Below are positions 18,782 to 27,729 of a stretch of DNA of 64,000 nucleotides, one piece after another; position 1 is the first letter of the stretch, and each line of letters begins with the position of its first letter. Location of the stretch: positions 41,829 through 105,828 of the forward strand of contig UQYL01000003.1 of NCBI GenBank assembly GCA_900545365.1, read 5' to 3'. The stretch comes from an uncultured Dialister sp. (lineage in GTDB: Bacteria; Bacillota; Negativicutes; Veillonellales; Dialisteraceae). The translations under genes and the position numbers were made by a program. The notes beneath the pieces were generated by a model. It had not been told where the DNA came from. It saw nothing but the letters and a program-made list of their open reading frames with translations, and did not search any database.

Positions 18782-19620
18782 CTGAATGTATCGCACTGGC
18801 GTCAGGCAAGGGCGGTGTGGGAAAGACACTGCTTACGGCGGCGCTCGGACTGGCCCTTGCAGAGGAAGGATACCGAGTGCTGCTGGCGGACTGCGACATG
18901 GGACTGCGGAATCTGGATATCCCTCTGGGAATGGAGGACAAGCTCCGCTGGACCGTATGGGATCTGGCGCAGGGGAAATGCCTTGAAAAGGAAGCCGTGC
19001 TTCCTGTACGGGAAAATCTGGACCTGCTGACGGCTTCCGGCGAAGAAGAATGGAAAGAGATATCCAGGCATGTCCTTTTTACCGTGTTTGAAGACATGCA
19101 GGGGAAATATGATTATATTCTGCTCGACTGTCCGGCGGGAGCCGGGAAGGGCATACGGTTCGCGGAGAGCGCGGCGGACCGGTTTCTGCTGATCGTCTCC
19201 CCGTCGCGGGCGTCTCTGCGGGACGCGGAAACAATGGCCAGGCTCCTGCAAGAGAAAGGGCGGCCTTTTGCGGTGATCCTGAATCGCTGCGGCGGCGGCC
19301 CGGTCACTGCGGATGCCATGCGGGAAGCGCTGAAGACTTTTCCCTTGGCCGGAGCCGTTCCGTATTCGGCGGAAGCGGACCGCCTGGCGCAGCAGGGAAA
19401 ACTTGCAGAATGCGGGAAAGACAGCGCTTTTCGGGAAGCGGCGGCGCTTCTCGCGAAAGTACTGACGCGCGGCGCGGAATATCCCGTTTCCCGGTGGAAG
19501 AAGCTGGAAGAACAAGCGGCGCTGGAAGAGCCGCTCCCTGCTCGGGAAACGGCGGCGCGGCCCGTATCGGCGCTTCTGAGGCAGCGGCGGGAGACCGCGC
19601 TGCGCTGGAGAAGGAGATAA
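18778..19620 (+). CDS. MinD/ParA-family P-loop ATPase (MinD-like)
   Basis: Deviant Walker A SGKGGVGKT, then DCDMGLRNLD and LLDCPAG as in MinD. GTG start overlaps the PBP2 stop. Confidence 0.8.
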   Translation: MTECIALASGKGGVGKTLLTAALGLALAEEGYRVLLADCDMGLRNLDIPLGMEDKLRWTVWDLAQGKCLEKEAVLPVRENLDLLTASGEEEWKEISRHVLFTVFEDMQGKYDYILLDCPAGAGKGIRFAESAADRFLLIVSPSRASLRDAETMARLLQEKGRPFAVILNRCGGGPVTADAMREALKTFPLAGAVPYSAEADRLAQQGKLAECGKDSAFREAAALLAKVLTRGAEYPVSRWKKLEEQAALEEPLPARETAARPVSALLRQRRETALRWRRR

Positions 19621-20739
19621 ATGATGAATTTGCTGTATTACTGGCGGAAAATTGACGGGACGCTCCTCCTGTCGCTGCTGGCGCTGGCGCTTATGGGCAT
19701 CCTCATCATCGGCAGCGCGACGCACGCCAATATGGAAGATTTTGCCGGACGGTTTGACTTTGTGGCCAGGCAGGGGATATTTTTCCTCATCGGTCTGGTT
19801 GGGACGGCGCTGTTTCAAAAACTGGATTACCGTATCCTGTACCGATGGACATGGCCGCTGTACCTGTTCAATCTGGGCATGCTGGCGGCGGTGCGCGTTT
19901 TCGGTACGAGCGCCCTCGGCGCGCAGCGGTGGATACAGCTGGGCCCGGTCACCGTGCAGCCGTCGGAATTTGCCAAAGTGATCATGATCATCGTGCTCGC
20001 CCGTGTGCTGGCCGATCATAAAGGCGGATTCAATACCTGGAAAAGTCTGCTGCCAGTCGCGGCGTGGATGCTGCCGCCGTTCCTGCTGGTCTTTATACAG
20101 CCGGATCTGGGGACGAGCCTCGTTTTCGCGGCGATCTGCTTCGGCATGCTGTATGTGAGCGGACTGCGGATGAAACTTGTCAGGCAGGCGCTGCTGGCTT
20201 TTGCGGCGGCGTTCCCTTTCGTATGGGGATTCCTGCTTCATGATTATCAGAAAACGCGCATCATGGTGCTCTTCGATCCGAACGTGGATCCTTTCGGTTC
20301 GGGATATCATGTGATTCAGTCGAAGATTTCCATAGGAAGCGGCGGATTTATCGGACAGGGGCTCTTTGCCGGCACGCAGAGCCAGCTGAATTTTCTGCCG
20401 GAAAACCACACCGACTTTATTTTTTCCGTCATCGGGGAAGAATTTGGCTTCGTAGGCGCCATATTCCTGCTGTTCCTGTACTTCCTGCTCCTTTACAGGG
20501 CAATCGTGATCTCCCAGTCGTCGGGAGACACTTTTGGCAGCCTCATGGCGTGCGGCATTTTTTCCATGTGGCTGTTTCAGGTATTCATCAACGTGGGGAT
20601 GACGCTGGGAATCATGCCGGTCACGGGGATACCGCTGCCGTTCATCAGTTACGGCGGCAGCGCGCTCATGGTCAATATGGTCTGCGCGGGCATATTGATG
20701 AATATTTACCTGCGGCGGAAGAAATTGATGTTCAATTGA
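19621..20739 (+). CDS. rodA: SEDS-family peptidoglycan polymerase RodA/FtsW
   Basis: 372-aa polytopic protein of the FtsW/RodA/SpoVE family (QPSEFAKV, GIPLPFISYGGS). Lies in the mre cluster. Confidence 0.9.
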   Translation: MMNLLYYWRKIDGTLLLSLLALALMGILIIGSATHANMEDFAGRFDFVARQGIFFLIGLVGTALFQKLDYRILYRWTWPLYLFNLGMLAAVRVFGTSALGAQRWIQLGPVTVQPSEFAKVIMIIVLARVLADHKGGFNTWKSLLPVAAWMLPPFLLVFIQPDLGTSLVFAAICFGMLYVSGLRMKLVRQALLAFAAAFPFVWGFLLHDYQKTRIMVLFDPNVDPFGSGYHVIQSKISIGSGGFIGQGLFAGTQSQLNFLPENHTDFIFSVIGEEFGFVGAIFLLFLYFLLLYRAIVISQSSGDTFGSLMACGIFSMWLFQVFINVGMTLGIMPVTGIPLPFISYGGSALMVNMVCAGILMNIYLRRKKLMFN

Positions 20740-20793
20740 TAATTTGCTGAAATTGCGGCAGACAGGCTGCCGAGTCAATAGATGGGAGTTTAT

Positions 20794-22689
20794 ATGAATC
20801 AGGTAAAAATCGATCCCGTATGGCTGATGCACATCCAGAAACCGGCCAGATATATCGGCGGGGAATGGAACAGCGTCGTGAAAAATCACGAAAATACGGC
20901 GGTCAAGATCGCGCTGGCCTTTCCCGATGTGTATGAAGTGGCGATGAGCCATCTGGGGCTGAAGATCATTTACAGCGTCATCAATAAAAGGCCAGATGCT
21001 CTGGCGGAGCGCGTTTACGCGCCGTGGGTGGATATGGAAGCGCTCATGAAGGAGAAGGGCTTGCCGCTCTATACGCTGGAATCCCATGTGCCGGTTCGTG
21101 ATTTTGACGTCCTCGGTTTTACTCTGCCCTATGAAATGTGTTATACCAATGTGCTGAATATGCTTGATATGGCAGGGATCCCGGTGCGGACGGAGAAAAG
21201 AGGAGAAGAGGATCCCTTCGTCGTGGCCGGCGGTCCCTGCGTATACAATGCGGAACCGGTGGCGGCCTTTTTTGACCTCTTCTTTATCGGCGAGGCGGAG
21301 CAGTCAATGGAAGAGTTTATCGACTGCCTGAAACAGTGGAAAGAAGAAGGAAAGCCGGGCGGCAGGGAAGGATTCCTCCGCCGCGCGGCAAAGATCGCCG
21401 GGATCTATGTGCCATCGCTGTATGAAGTTTCCTATGAAGAAGACGGACGGTTTCGGGAGATTCATGCGAAAGACGGCGCGCCGCTTCCGATCTATAAGCG
21501 GATCATTCAGAATGTGGACGATGTGGTCATCGATGATCGGCCGATCCTGCCGCACATTGAGATCGTACATGACAGAGCGGTGCTGGAGATGTTCCGCGGA
21601 TGCAGCCGGGGCTGCCGTTTCTGCCAGGCCGGTATGATTTACCGTCCCGTCCGCGAGAAAAAGGAGGAGAATCTTCAGAACATCGCCGACAGGCTCATTC
21701 AAAATACGGGGTATAATGAAATTTCCCTTATGTCGCTCTCCTCGGCGGATTATTCCCGCCTGCCGGAACTCGTTGATCATCTCATGGACACGTTTAAAGA
21801 CCGCCGCGTCAGCGTCAGCCTTCCGTCCCTCCGGGTCGACAGCTTTTCCGTCGATATCGCGAAAAAAGTGCAGCAGGTGAGAAAAAGCGGCCTGACGCTG
21901 GCGCCGGAAGCGGGTACGCAGCGCCTCCGCGATGTGATCAATAAAAATGTAACGGAAAAAGATATCATGGAAGCCTGCGGAAACGCCTTCCGAAATGGCT
22001 GGAGCAAGGTCAAGCTGTACTTCATGATGGGCCTTCCCACGGAGACCGATGAAGATCTGGCGGGCATTGCGGACTTGGCGAACCGCATCAATGAACTTTA
22101 TCATGAGATCCGCGGGAGATACGGCTGCCGCATCACGGTGAGCGTAGCCAGTTTTGTGCCGAAGCCATTCACGCCCTTCCAGTGGATGGGGCAGTGCTCT
22201 GTAGAGGAGATCGAGAGAAAGCAGCGGTATTTAAAGAGCCTCTTCACGAACCGCCACATCAAGTACGCTTATCATGATGCTGAGACCGGGTACATTGAGG
22301 CGGTGCTGGCTAGGGGCGATCGAAAACTGGCCGATGTGTTGGAGACGGTCTGGAGAAAAGGTGCGGAATATGACAGCTGGACGGAATTTTTTGATTTTAA
22401 CCGCTGGATGGAGGCGTTCCGTGAATGCGGGCTCGATCCTGATTTCTATACGGCAAGAGACAGAGAGCTCCATGAAGCGCAGCCGTGGGATCATATTCAC
22501 TGCGGCGTGACAAATGATTTTCTGAGAAAAGAGTGGAAACTGGCGCAGCGGGGCGTCACCACGAAAGACTGCCGGCGTCACCCCTGCAACGGCTGCGCGG
22601 TCTGCCCGCTGCTTCCCGCGGAACTGATTGATTATCATAAGGAGAATGAAACGCATGAAAAGACTGTTTTTGTCTATCACGAAAGGTGA
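20794..22689 (+). CDS. B12-binding-domain radical SAM protein (TIGR03960-like)
   Basis: CSRGCRFCQAG is a CxxxCxxC cluster motif. About 630 aa. ATG 20794 follows GGGAG. Confidence 0.85.
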   Translation: MNQVKIDPVWLMHIQKPARYIGGEWNSVVKNHENTAVKIALAFPDVYEVAMSHLGLKIIYSVINKRPDALAERVYAPWVDMEALMKEKGLPLYTLESHVPVRDFDVLGFTLPYEMCYTNVLNMLDMAGIPVRTEKRGEEDPFVVAGGPCVYNAEPVAAFFDLFFIGEAEQSMEEFIDCLKQWKEEGKPGGREGFLRRAAKIAGIYVPSLYEVSYEEDGRFREIHAKDGAPLPIYKRIIQNVDDVVIDDRPILPHIEIVHDRAVLEMFRGCSRGCRFCQAGMIYRPVREKKEENLQNIADRLIQNTGYNEISLMSLSSADYSRLPELVDHLMDTFKDRRVSVSLPSLRVDSFSVDIAKKVQQVRKSGLTLAPEAGTQRLRDVINKNVTEKDIMEACGNAFRNGWSKVKLYFMMGLPTETDEDLAGIADLANRINELYHEIRGRYGCRITVSVASFVPKPFTPFQWMGQCSVEEIERKQRYLKSLFTNRHIKYAYHDAETGYIEAVLARGDRKLADVLETVWRKGAEYDSWTEFFDFNRWMEAFRECGLDPDFYTARDRELHEAQPWDHIHCGVTNDFLRKEWKLAQRGVTTKDCRRHPCNGCAVCPLLPAELIDYHKENETHEKTVFVYHER

Positions 22690-23371
22690 GGAAATCCGTT
22701 TCCTCGGACATCTGGATCTGCTCCGCACATTGGAGCGGGCGGTCATGCGTTCCGGGATCCCCGCGGCTTTTTCCGAGGGATTCAATCCGCACATGAAAAT
22801 TTCGCTGGATGCGGCGCTTGGCGTGGGCGTCGCGGCAGATCCCATTTACATGGAGCTCCGTTTGGAAGGCGATATGAGCCCGGAGGAAGTCAAAGAACGG
22901 CTGGGCCGCCAGTTGCTGAAAGGCATCCGGATCCACAGCGTGATGGAAGCGGCGCAGGAATGGCCGAAACTGATCAATTTCCTGAATGAAGATGTCTACG
23001 AGGCGGAAGGTCCTGTGGCGGGAACGGCTGATCCGGAAGCAATCAGGATGAAGACCGAAGAGTTTAACAGGCTGAATTCTTTTATGTATGAGAGAATCAC
23101 ACCGAAGAAGACGAGAAAAATGGACGTCATTCCCATGCTGACGGGGCCGGTTTCCGTCCGGACGGAAGGAGCGCGGGCCTATCTGCGCTTCTCGCTGAAG
23201 CGGACGAAAGAGGGAACTGTCCAGCCGAAAGACCTGTGGAAGATTTTCGCGGAATCTTTCGGCATGCCCTGGACGCCCGGCGAATTTGTGTGCCGCCGCT
23301 GCGGGGCGTATCACTTGGAAGATGGAAAACGGCAGACGCCGTTTGATCTCGGTGTGTTTGAAAAAGGCTGA
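22655..23371 (+). CDS. Radical-SAM-associated protein (TIGR03936/DUF2344-like)
   Basis: N-terminus KGEEIRFLGHLDLLRTLERA is typical of the family. ATG 22655 lies 9 nt after AAGGAGA and overlaps the upstream gene. Confidence 0.75.
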   Translation: MKRLFLSITKGEEIRFLGHLDLLRTLERAVMRSGIPAAFSEGFNPHMKISLDAALGVGVAADPIYMELRLEGDMSPEEVKERLGRQLLKGIRIHSVMEAAQEWPKLINFLNEDVYEAEGPVAGTADPEAIRMKTEEFNRLNSFMYERITPKKTRKMDVIPMLTGPVSVRTEGARAYLRFSLKRTKEGTVQPKDLWKIFAESFGMPWTPGEFVCRRCGAYHLEDGKRQTPFDLGVFEKG

Positions 23372-23382
23372 AGGGGCTGGCT

Positions 23383-24810
23383 ATGAAAGAAATCCTTCTC
23401 AGCGTCCGCCCCGAAGAGACGCGCCTTGCTGTTGCGGAGAACGGCCGGCTCATTGATTTCCTGACGGAAAGAGCCGATCAGCAGGATCTGACGGGCCGGA
23501 TCTATAAGGGCGTGGTAAAGAATGTCGTTCCAGCGGTCAAAGGCGTTTTCGTCGATATCGGCATCGGGCAGAATGCGTTCCTGCGGGCGGAAGACTGCCC
23601 GAAGGGGAAGGGGCGGTATCCGACGGAAGGAAGCGCGCTGCTCGTGCAGGTCATTAAAGACAGCACCGCGACAAAAGGTCCGCTGGTTACGGGAAAGATC
23701 AGCTTTTCCGGGCGATATGCCGCTCTGCTCACGGACAGCGTGTATATCGGCGTCTCGCGGAAGATCCGGTCGGACGAAAAGAGAGAGAAGCTCCGGCGCA
23801 TCGCATCGGAAAAATGTCCGGAGGGATTGGGGATCATCGTGCGGACGGCAGCGGCTTCCGCGCCGGAAGAGGACGTGGCGCAGGATATCGGGCGGCTCGC
23901 GGACATGTGGAACGTCCTTCAGCGCAGATCCCGGCTGGAGAAAAAACCGGCGCTCCTCTTCCGGGGCAGTGATCTGTCGGTGAGAGCAGTCAGAGATTTC
24001 CTGTCGGAAGAGATCGGCGCGGTCGTTACCGATTCCTCGGAGACGGCGGAGCGGCTGACGCGTCTTATAAAAGAGGAAGGTCTGTGGCGGCCGGAGCTGG
24101 TGCGCTGTGAGAAGGGGCCGATTTTCAAAAATCACCGTCTGGAAGAGCAGATTGAAGGCCTTTTTCAGCGGGAAGTGCCGCTTCCTTCCGGGGGTTCCAT
24201 CGTGATCGATTATACGGAAGCGCTGACAGCTATTGACGTGAATACAGGCTCCTTTCATCGGAAAGGAATACCGCACAATGAAGCCGCTTTTCTGGCGAAC
24301 AGGGAAGCGGCGGACGAGATCGCCAGGCAGATCCGTATGAGAGGAATCGGCGGCATCATCCTGATTGATTTTATCGACATGGAAGAGAAGGCGCAGCGCG
24401 ATGCTGTCGTGGCGGCGCTGCGGCGGGCCACATCGGAAGACCGGGTGAAAACGGTGGTCCTCGGCATGACGGCGCTGGGACTTGTGGAAATGACGCGGAA
24501 GCGGACGTCTCACCGGCTTTTTCAGAATTATTACGAATCCTGCCCTGTCTGCGGCGGCAGCGGCTATGTGCTTTCCCCGTCGTCGGTAGTGCTTCGCATC
24601 CATTATGCGCTGGAAGAAAAGAAAATCGGCGGCGGAATACCGCATTCTCTTGTGATTGAATGCCATCCCGATGTGGCGGACATCCTGGAGACGCAGGACG
24701 AGCAGTGGTATTTGAAAAGCACCATGCTGCGGCCGGTGAGGGTCGAAAGGCGGCCGGATTTCCGACGGGACGTGTTCAGCATACTGGCAGACCCGCGCGG
24801 CGGGATATGA
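23383..24810 (+). CDS. rng: Rne/Rng-family ribonuclease (RNase G-like)
   Basis: S1 domain (GRIYKGVVKNVVPAVKGVFVDIG) plus RNase E/G catalytic core (IVIDYTEALTAIDVN). Confidence 0.85.
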   Translation: MKEILLSVRPEETRLAVAENGRLIDFLTERADQQDLTGRIYKGVVKNVVPAVKGVFVDIGIGQNAFLRAEDCPKGKGRYPTEGSALLVQVIKDSTATKGPLVTGKISFSGRYAALLTDSVYIGVSRKIRSDEKREKLRRIASEKCPEGLGIIVRTAAASAPEEDVAQDIGRLADMWNVLQRRSRLEKKPALLFRGSDLSVRAVRDFLSEEIGAVVTDSSETAERLTRLIKEEGLWRPELVRCEKGPIFKNHRLEEQIEGLFQREVPLPSGGSIVIDYTEALTAIDVNTGSFHRKGIPHNEAAFLANREAADEIARQIRMRGIGGIILIDFIDMEEKAQRDAVVAALRRATSEDRVKTVVLGMTALGLVEMTRKRTSHRLFQNYYESCPVCGGSGYVLSPSSVVLRIHYALEEKKIGGGIPHSLVIECHPDVADILETQDEQWYLKSTMLRPVRVERRPDFRRDVFSILADPRGGI

Positions 24811-24824
24811 AGGAGGTCAGACAG

Positions 24825-25160
24825 ATGATATATGATATTCAGTCCGAACAGGAATTTGACAGAGAAGTGGGCGAAGCCAAAGGCTGGGTGCTCCTTGATT
24901 TCTTCGCGTCCTGGTGCCGTCCCTGCAAAATGATGGCGCCTGTGATGGAAAGGGCCGATGAGGAAATGGGCGGAGAAGTCAAATTCTGCCGCCTCGATGT
25001 GGACGCGCTGGATGATCTGGCGGAATCCTTCCGGCTCGTGGGCGTGCCGTCTTTCGTGCTTTTTAAAGACGGCACGGAGGTCGGCCGCATTATCGGCTAT
25101 AATGATCGGCAGACATTCATGGGCAAGCTGAAAGCCTTGATGGCGAAGAAGAATAACTGA
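24825..25160 (+). CDS. trxA: Thioredoxin
   Basis: 111 aa. ATG 24825 follows GAAGGAGG. Active site reads WCRPC (see findings). Confidence 0.9.
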   Translation: MIYDIQSEQEFDREVGEAKGWVLLDFFASWCRPCKMMAPVMERADEEMGGEVKFCRLDVDALDDLAESFRLVGVPSFVLFKDGTEVGRIIGYNDRQTFMGKLKALMAKKNN

Positions 25161-25315
25161 CCAGAGATGAAACATGCCCTTTTGAATACAGGCGCTTTTG
25201 CCTGAATGTTTCGGGTCAGAATATGGCGGAACTTCCGAACGGCGCCGGTTCGTCCTGCGGAGCCGCGGGACGAACCGGCCATAAAATGCCGGGGTGCTTT
25301 TTTAGCAGGGGCGTG

Positions 25316-25344
25316 TAGACAAAACGATTTTATCAGTGTATAAT
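25316..25344 (+). promoter_or_regulatory. SigA-type promoter of rpmE (extended -10)
   Basis: TAGACA (25316-25321), 17-nt spacer, TGTATAAT (25337-25344). Confidence 0.6.
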
Positions 25345-25365
25345 ATTCAAGAATTATCTTGAATA
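25344..25365. promoter_or_regulatory. Candidate operator: 9-4-9 inverted repeat
   Basis: TATTCAAGA-ATTA-TCTTGAATA has perfect arms. It abuts the -10 and covers the predicted transcription start. Confidence 0.4.
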
Positions 25366-25385
25366 AGTGAAATGAGGTGCAAGAA

Positions 25386-25637
25386 GTGAAGAAGGGAATT
25401 CATCCGGATTACCATCCTGTAGTATTCCGCGATATCGGCGCTAATTATTCCTTCCTGACCCGTTCTACGGCTACTTCCAATCAGACCGTAAAGTGGGAAG
25501 ACGGCAACGAATATCCGCTGATCAATATCGATATCAGCAGCAAGTCCCATCCGTTCTATACGGGACAGCAGCGTTTCGGTAAAGCTCGCGGCCGTATCGA
25601 AAAGTTCAACAAACGTTACGGAAGAACTGCGGAATAA
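25386..25637 (+). CDS. rpmE: 50S ribosomal protein L31, type B (Cys-less)
   Basis: The sequence (V)[40 protein letters not shown] resembles B. subtilis YtiA-type L31 and has no CxxC motifs. GTG 25386 lies 5 nt after GAGGTG. Confidence 0.9.
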   Translation: MKKGIHPDYHPVVFRDIGANYSFLTRSTATSNQTVKWEDGNEYPLINIDISSKSHPFYTGQQRFGKARGRIEKFNKRYGRTAE

Positions 25638-25640
25638 GGA

Positions 25641-25665
25641 ACAGGGCATATGCCCTGTTTTTTTA
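25641..25665 (+). terminator. Rho-independent terminator of rpmE
   Basis: ACAGGGCATATGCCCTGT palindrome followed by T7. Confidence 0.85.
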
Positions 25666-25749
25666 TGCTTTTTTTCCGGCGCATGCGCGGTGTGCTATAC
25701 TTAGGGAGGCGGATTTGCCGGATAAATAGAAGAAACAGGAGATCAGAAT

Positions 25750-26835
25750 ATGCAGACTGACCGGCTGGATGGGATGGAATCCCGATTTGAAAGCATTGAA
25801 ATAGAATTGAGCGATCCGTCGGTGATCGCAAATCAGGAAAAATGGAGAGCACTGTCGAAAGAGCATGCGGGCCTGGAAGAGACGGTCACCGCATACCGGA
25901 AGTATAAAGCGGCGCGGCAGGCCGCGGAAGAAGCCCGGGCGATCCTGGGCGACCATACGCAGGAGGAGCTCCATGAACTGGCAAAAGAGGAGCTGAAGGA
26001 ACAGGAAGCGGCGATAGAGGCGCTGGACAGGAGGCTTCATATTTTGCTGCTGCCCAAAGATCCGAATGATGAGAAGAATGTCATCCTGGAGATCAGAGCA
26101 GGCACCGGCGGCGAGGAAGCGGCGCTTTTCGCGGCGGATCTGCTGAAGATGTATTTGAAATTCGCGGAGCGGAAAGGATGGTCCGCGGAGATTACTGATT
26201 GTAATGAAACGGAACTGGGCGGCTATAAGGAAGTGACATGCATCATTCAGGGGCAGAATGCGTATTCTCTTCTGAAATTTGAGAGCGGTGTGCATCGGGT
26301 GCAGCGTGTGCCGGATACGGAGAGCGCGGGGCGCATTCATACATCGGCGGTCACGGTGGCGATCCTCCCGGAAGCGGAAGAGGTGGACATCGACATCAAT
26401 CGGGACGATCTGCGCATTGACGTATACCGGTCGTCCGGGGCCGGCGGGCAGCATATCAATAAAACGTCGTCGGCTATCCGCATCACGCACCTGCCGACGG
26501 GGATGGTCGTGACCTGTCAGAATGAAAGAAGCCAGCGGCAGAATCGGGAGAAAGCGCTGCAGATTCTGAGATCCCGGCTGTATGCAGAGGCCCAGTATGC
26601 GTCTCAGGCAAAGACGGCGGCCGATCGGAAGGGACAGGTAGGCAGCGGCGACCGCTCGGAAAGGATCAGAACATATAATTTTCCCCAGGGACGGGTGACG
26701 GATCATCGGACAAAACAGACACTGTATAAGCTGGAGCAGTTTATGAACGGAGATATGGACGATATCCTGAACGGACTTCTTGAGGCGGATATGGCGGAGA
26801 AGTTGAAAGAGGCGGCGGCAAATGAGCGGATCTGA
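25750..26835 (+). CDS. prfA: Peptide chain release factor 1
   Basis: GGQ motif SGAGGQHINKT. RF1-type loop QRVPDTESAGRIHTS. Confidence 0.97.
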   Translation: MQTDRLDGMESRFESIEIELSDPSVIANQEKWRALSKEHAGLEETVTAYRKYKAARQAAEEARAILGDHTQEELHELAKEELKEQEAAIEALDRRLHILLLPKDPNDEKNVILEIRAGTGGEEAALFAADLLKMYLKFAERKGWSAEITDCNETELGGYKEVTCIIQGQNAYSLLKFESGVHRVQRVPDTESAGRIHTSAVTVAILPEAEEVDIDINRDDLRIDVYRSSGAGGQHINKTSSAIRITHLPTGMVVTCQNERSQRQNREKALQILRSRLYAEAQYASQAKTAADRKGQVGSGDRSERIRTYNFPQGRVTDHRTKQTLYKLEQFMNGDMDDILNGLLEADMAEKLKEAAANERI

Positions 26836-27700
26836 AATCTGGACGATAAAAAAGCTGATCCAGTGGACGGCAGGATACTTCCGGAATCACGGTGTGGAAG
26901 AAGCTCGCTTGGACGCGGAACTTCTCCTCGGATACGTGCTCGGAAAGCCCAGGATTTATCTGTATACGAATTATGACCAGATCATGAACAAAGAGGAGCT
27001 GGCCCGGTACAGGGAGCTGATTCGGCGCCGGGCAGCGGGATACTGCACCGCAGTGCTCATCGGGGAAAAGGAATTTATGGGGATCCCCTTCCGTGTGAAT
27101 GAGCATGTCCTGGTGCCGCGGCCGGATACGGAGGCGTGGCTGGAAAAGGTGATCCAGCGGTTTCGGAATCTGCCTGATATATCGGTGCTGGATCTCGGAA
27201 CGGGAAGCGGCGCGCTTGCGGTAAGTTTCCTGTACTACTGCAAGGAAGCGCGGGGCGTCGCGGTGGATATTTCAGAAGAAGCTCTGGAGACGGCCAAAAC
27301 AAACGGGGAGCGGGCAGGGATTTCGGACCGAGTCGAATTTCGGCGCGGCGATTTCCTGGACGCGCTGCGGGAAGATGAGCAGTTCGATGTGATCCTGAGC
27401 AATCCGCCATATATTCCGTCGGGGGATATCGACGGGCTGGCGGAAGAAGTGCGCCGGGAGCCGCGGATTGCGCTTGACGGCGGTCCGGACGGGCTGAAAT
27501 TTTACCGCACGCTGGGAGAGAAAGCCGTGCGTTTCCTCCGGCCGGGCGGTCTGCTTGCGGCGGAGGTCGGGATCGGACAGGCGGAGACGGTGCGGACTTT
27601 TTTCGAGAACGGGGGACTTACGGATATTGAGATCATCCCGGATTACGGCGGCGTTGATCGGGCGGTCTGCGGAAAACGTCCGGACGATCGGGCGGAATAA
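26822..27700 (+). CDS. prmC: Release factor glutamine methyltransferase
   Basis: SAM motif DLGTGSGALA and NPPY motif. Overlaps the prfA end. Confidence 0.9.
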   Translation: MSGSEIWTIKKLIQWTAGYFRNHGVEEARLDAELLLGYVLGKPRIYLYTNYDQIMNKEELARYRELIRRRAAGYCTAVLIGEKEFMGIPFRVNEHVLVPRPDTEAWLEKVIQRFRNLPDISVLDLGTGSGALAVSFLYYCKEARGVAVDISEEALETAKTNGERAGISDRVEFRRGDFLDALREDEQFDVILSNPPYIPSGDIDGLAEEVRREPRIALDGGPDGLKFYRTLGEKAVRFLRPGGLLAAEVGIGQAETVRTFFENGGLTDIEIIPDYGGVDRAVCGKRPDDRAE

Positions 27701-27729
27701 AGCCGGGTTTTACTGTAAGAAGGCATACG

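Noticed and set aside
18802-21087. 761-aa ORF antisense to the minD-like gene and rodA
   Set aside because: Same shadow-ORF signature. It has no SD, crosses a gene junction, and its composition is low complexity.
25242-25300. 11-bp GC hairpin CCGGTTCGTCC / GGACGAACCGG downstream of trxA
   Set aside because: It is most simply the trxA transcript 3' stem, or a weak terminator using the T6 run at about 25297. There is no repeat copy elsewhere in the window to suggest a REP or mobile element.
25750-26835. Programmed frameshift or unusual decoding in the release-factor gene
   Set aside because: It is RF1 (single uninterrupted frame, PxT-type loop VPDTES), not RF2. No frameshift site is expected or seen.
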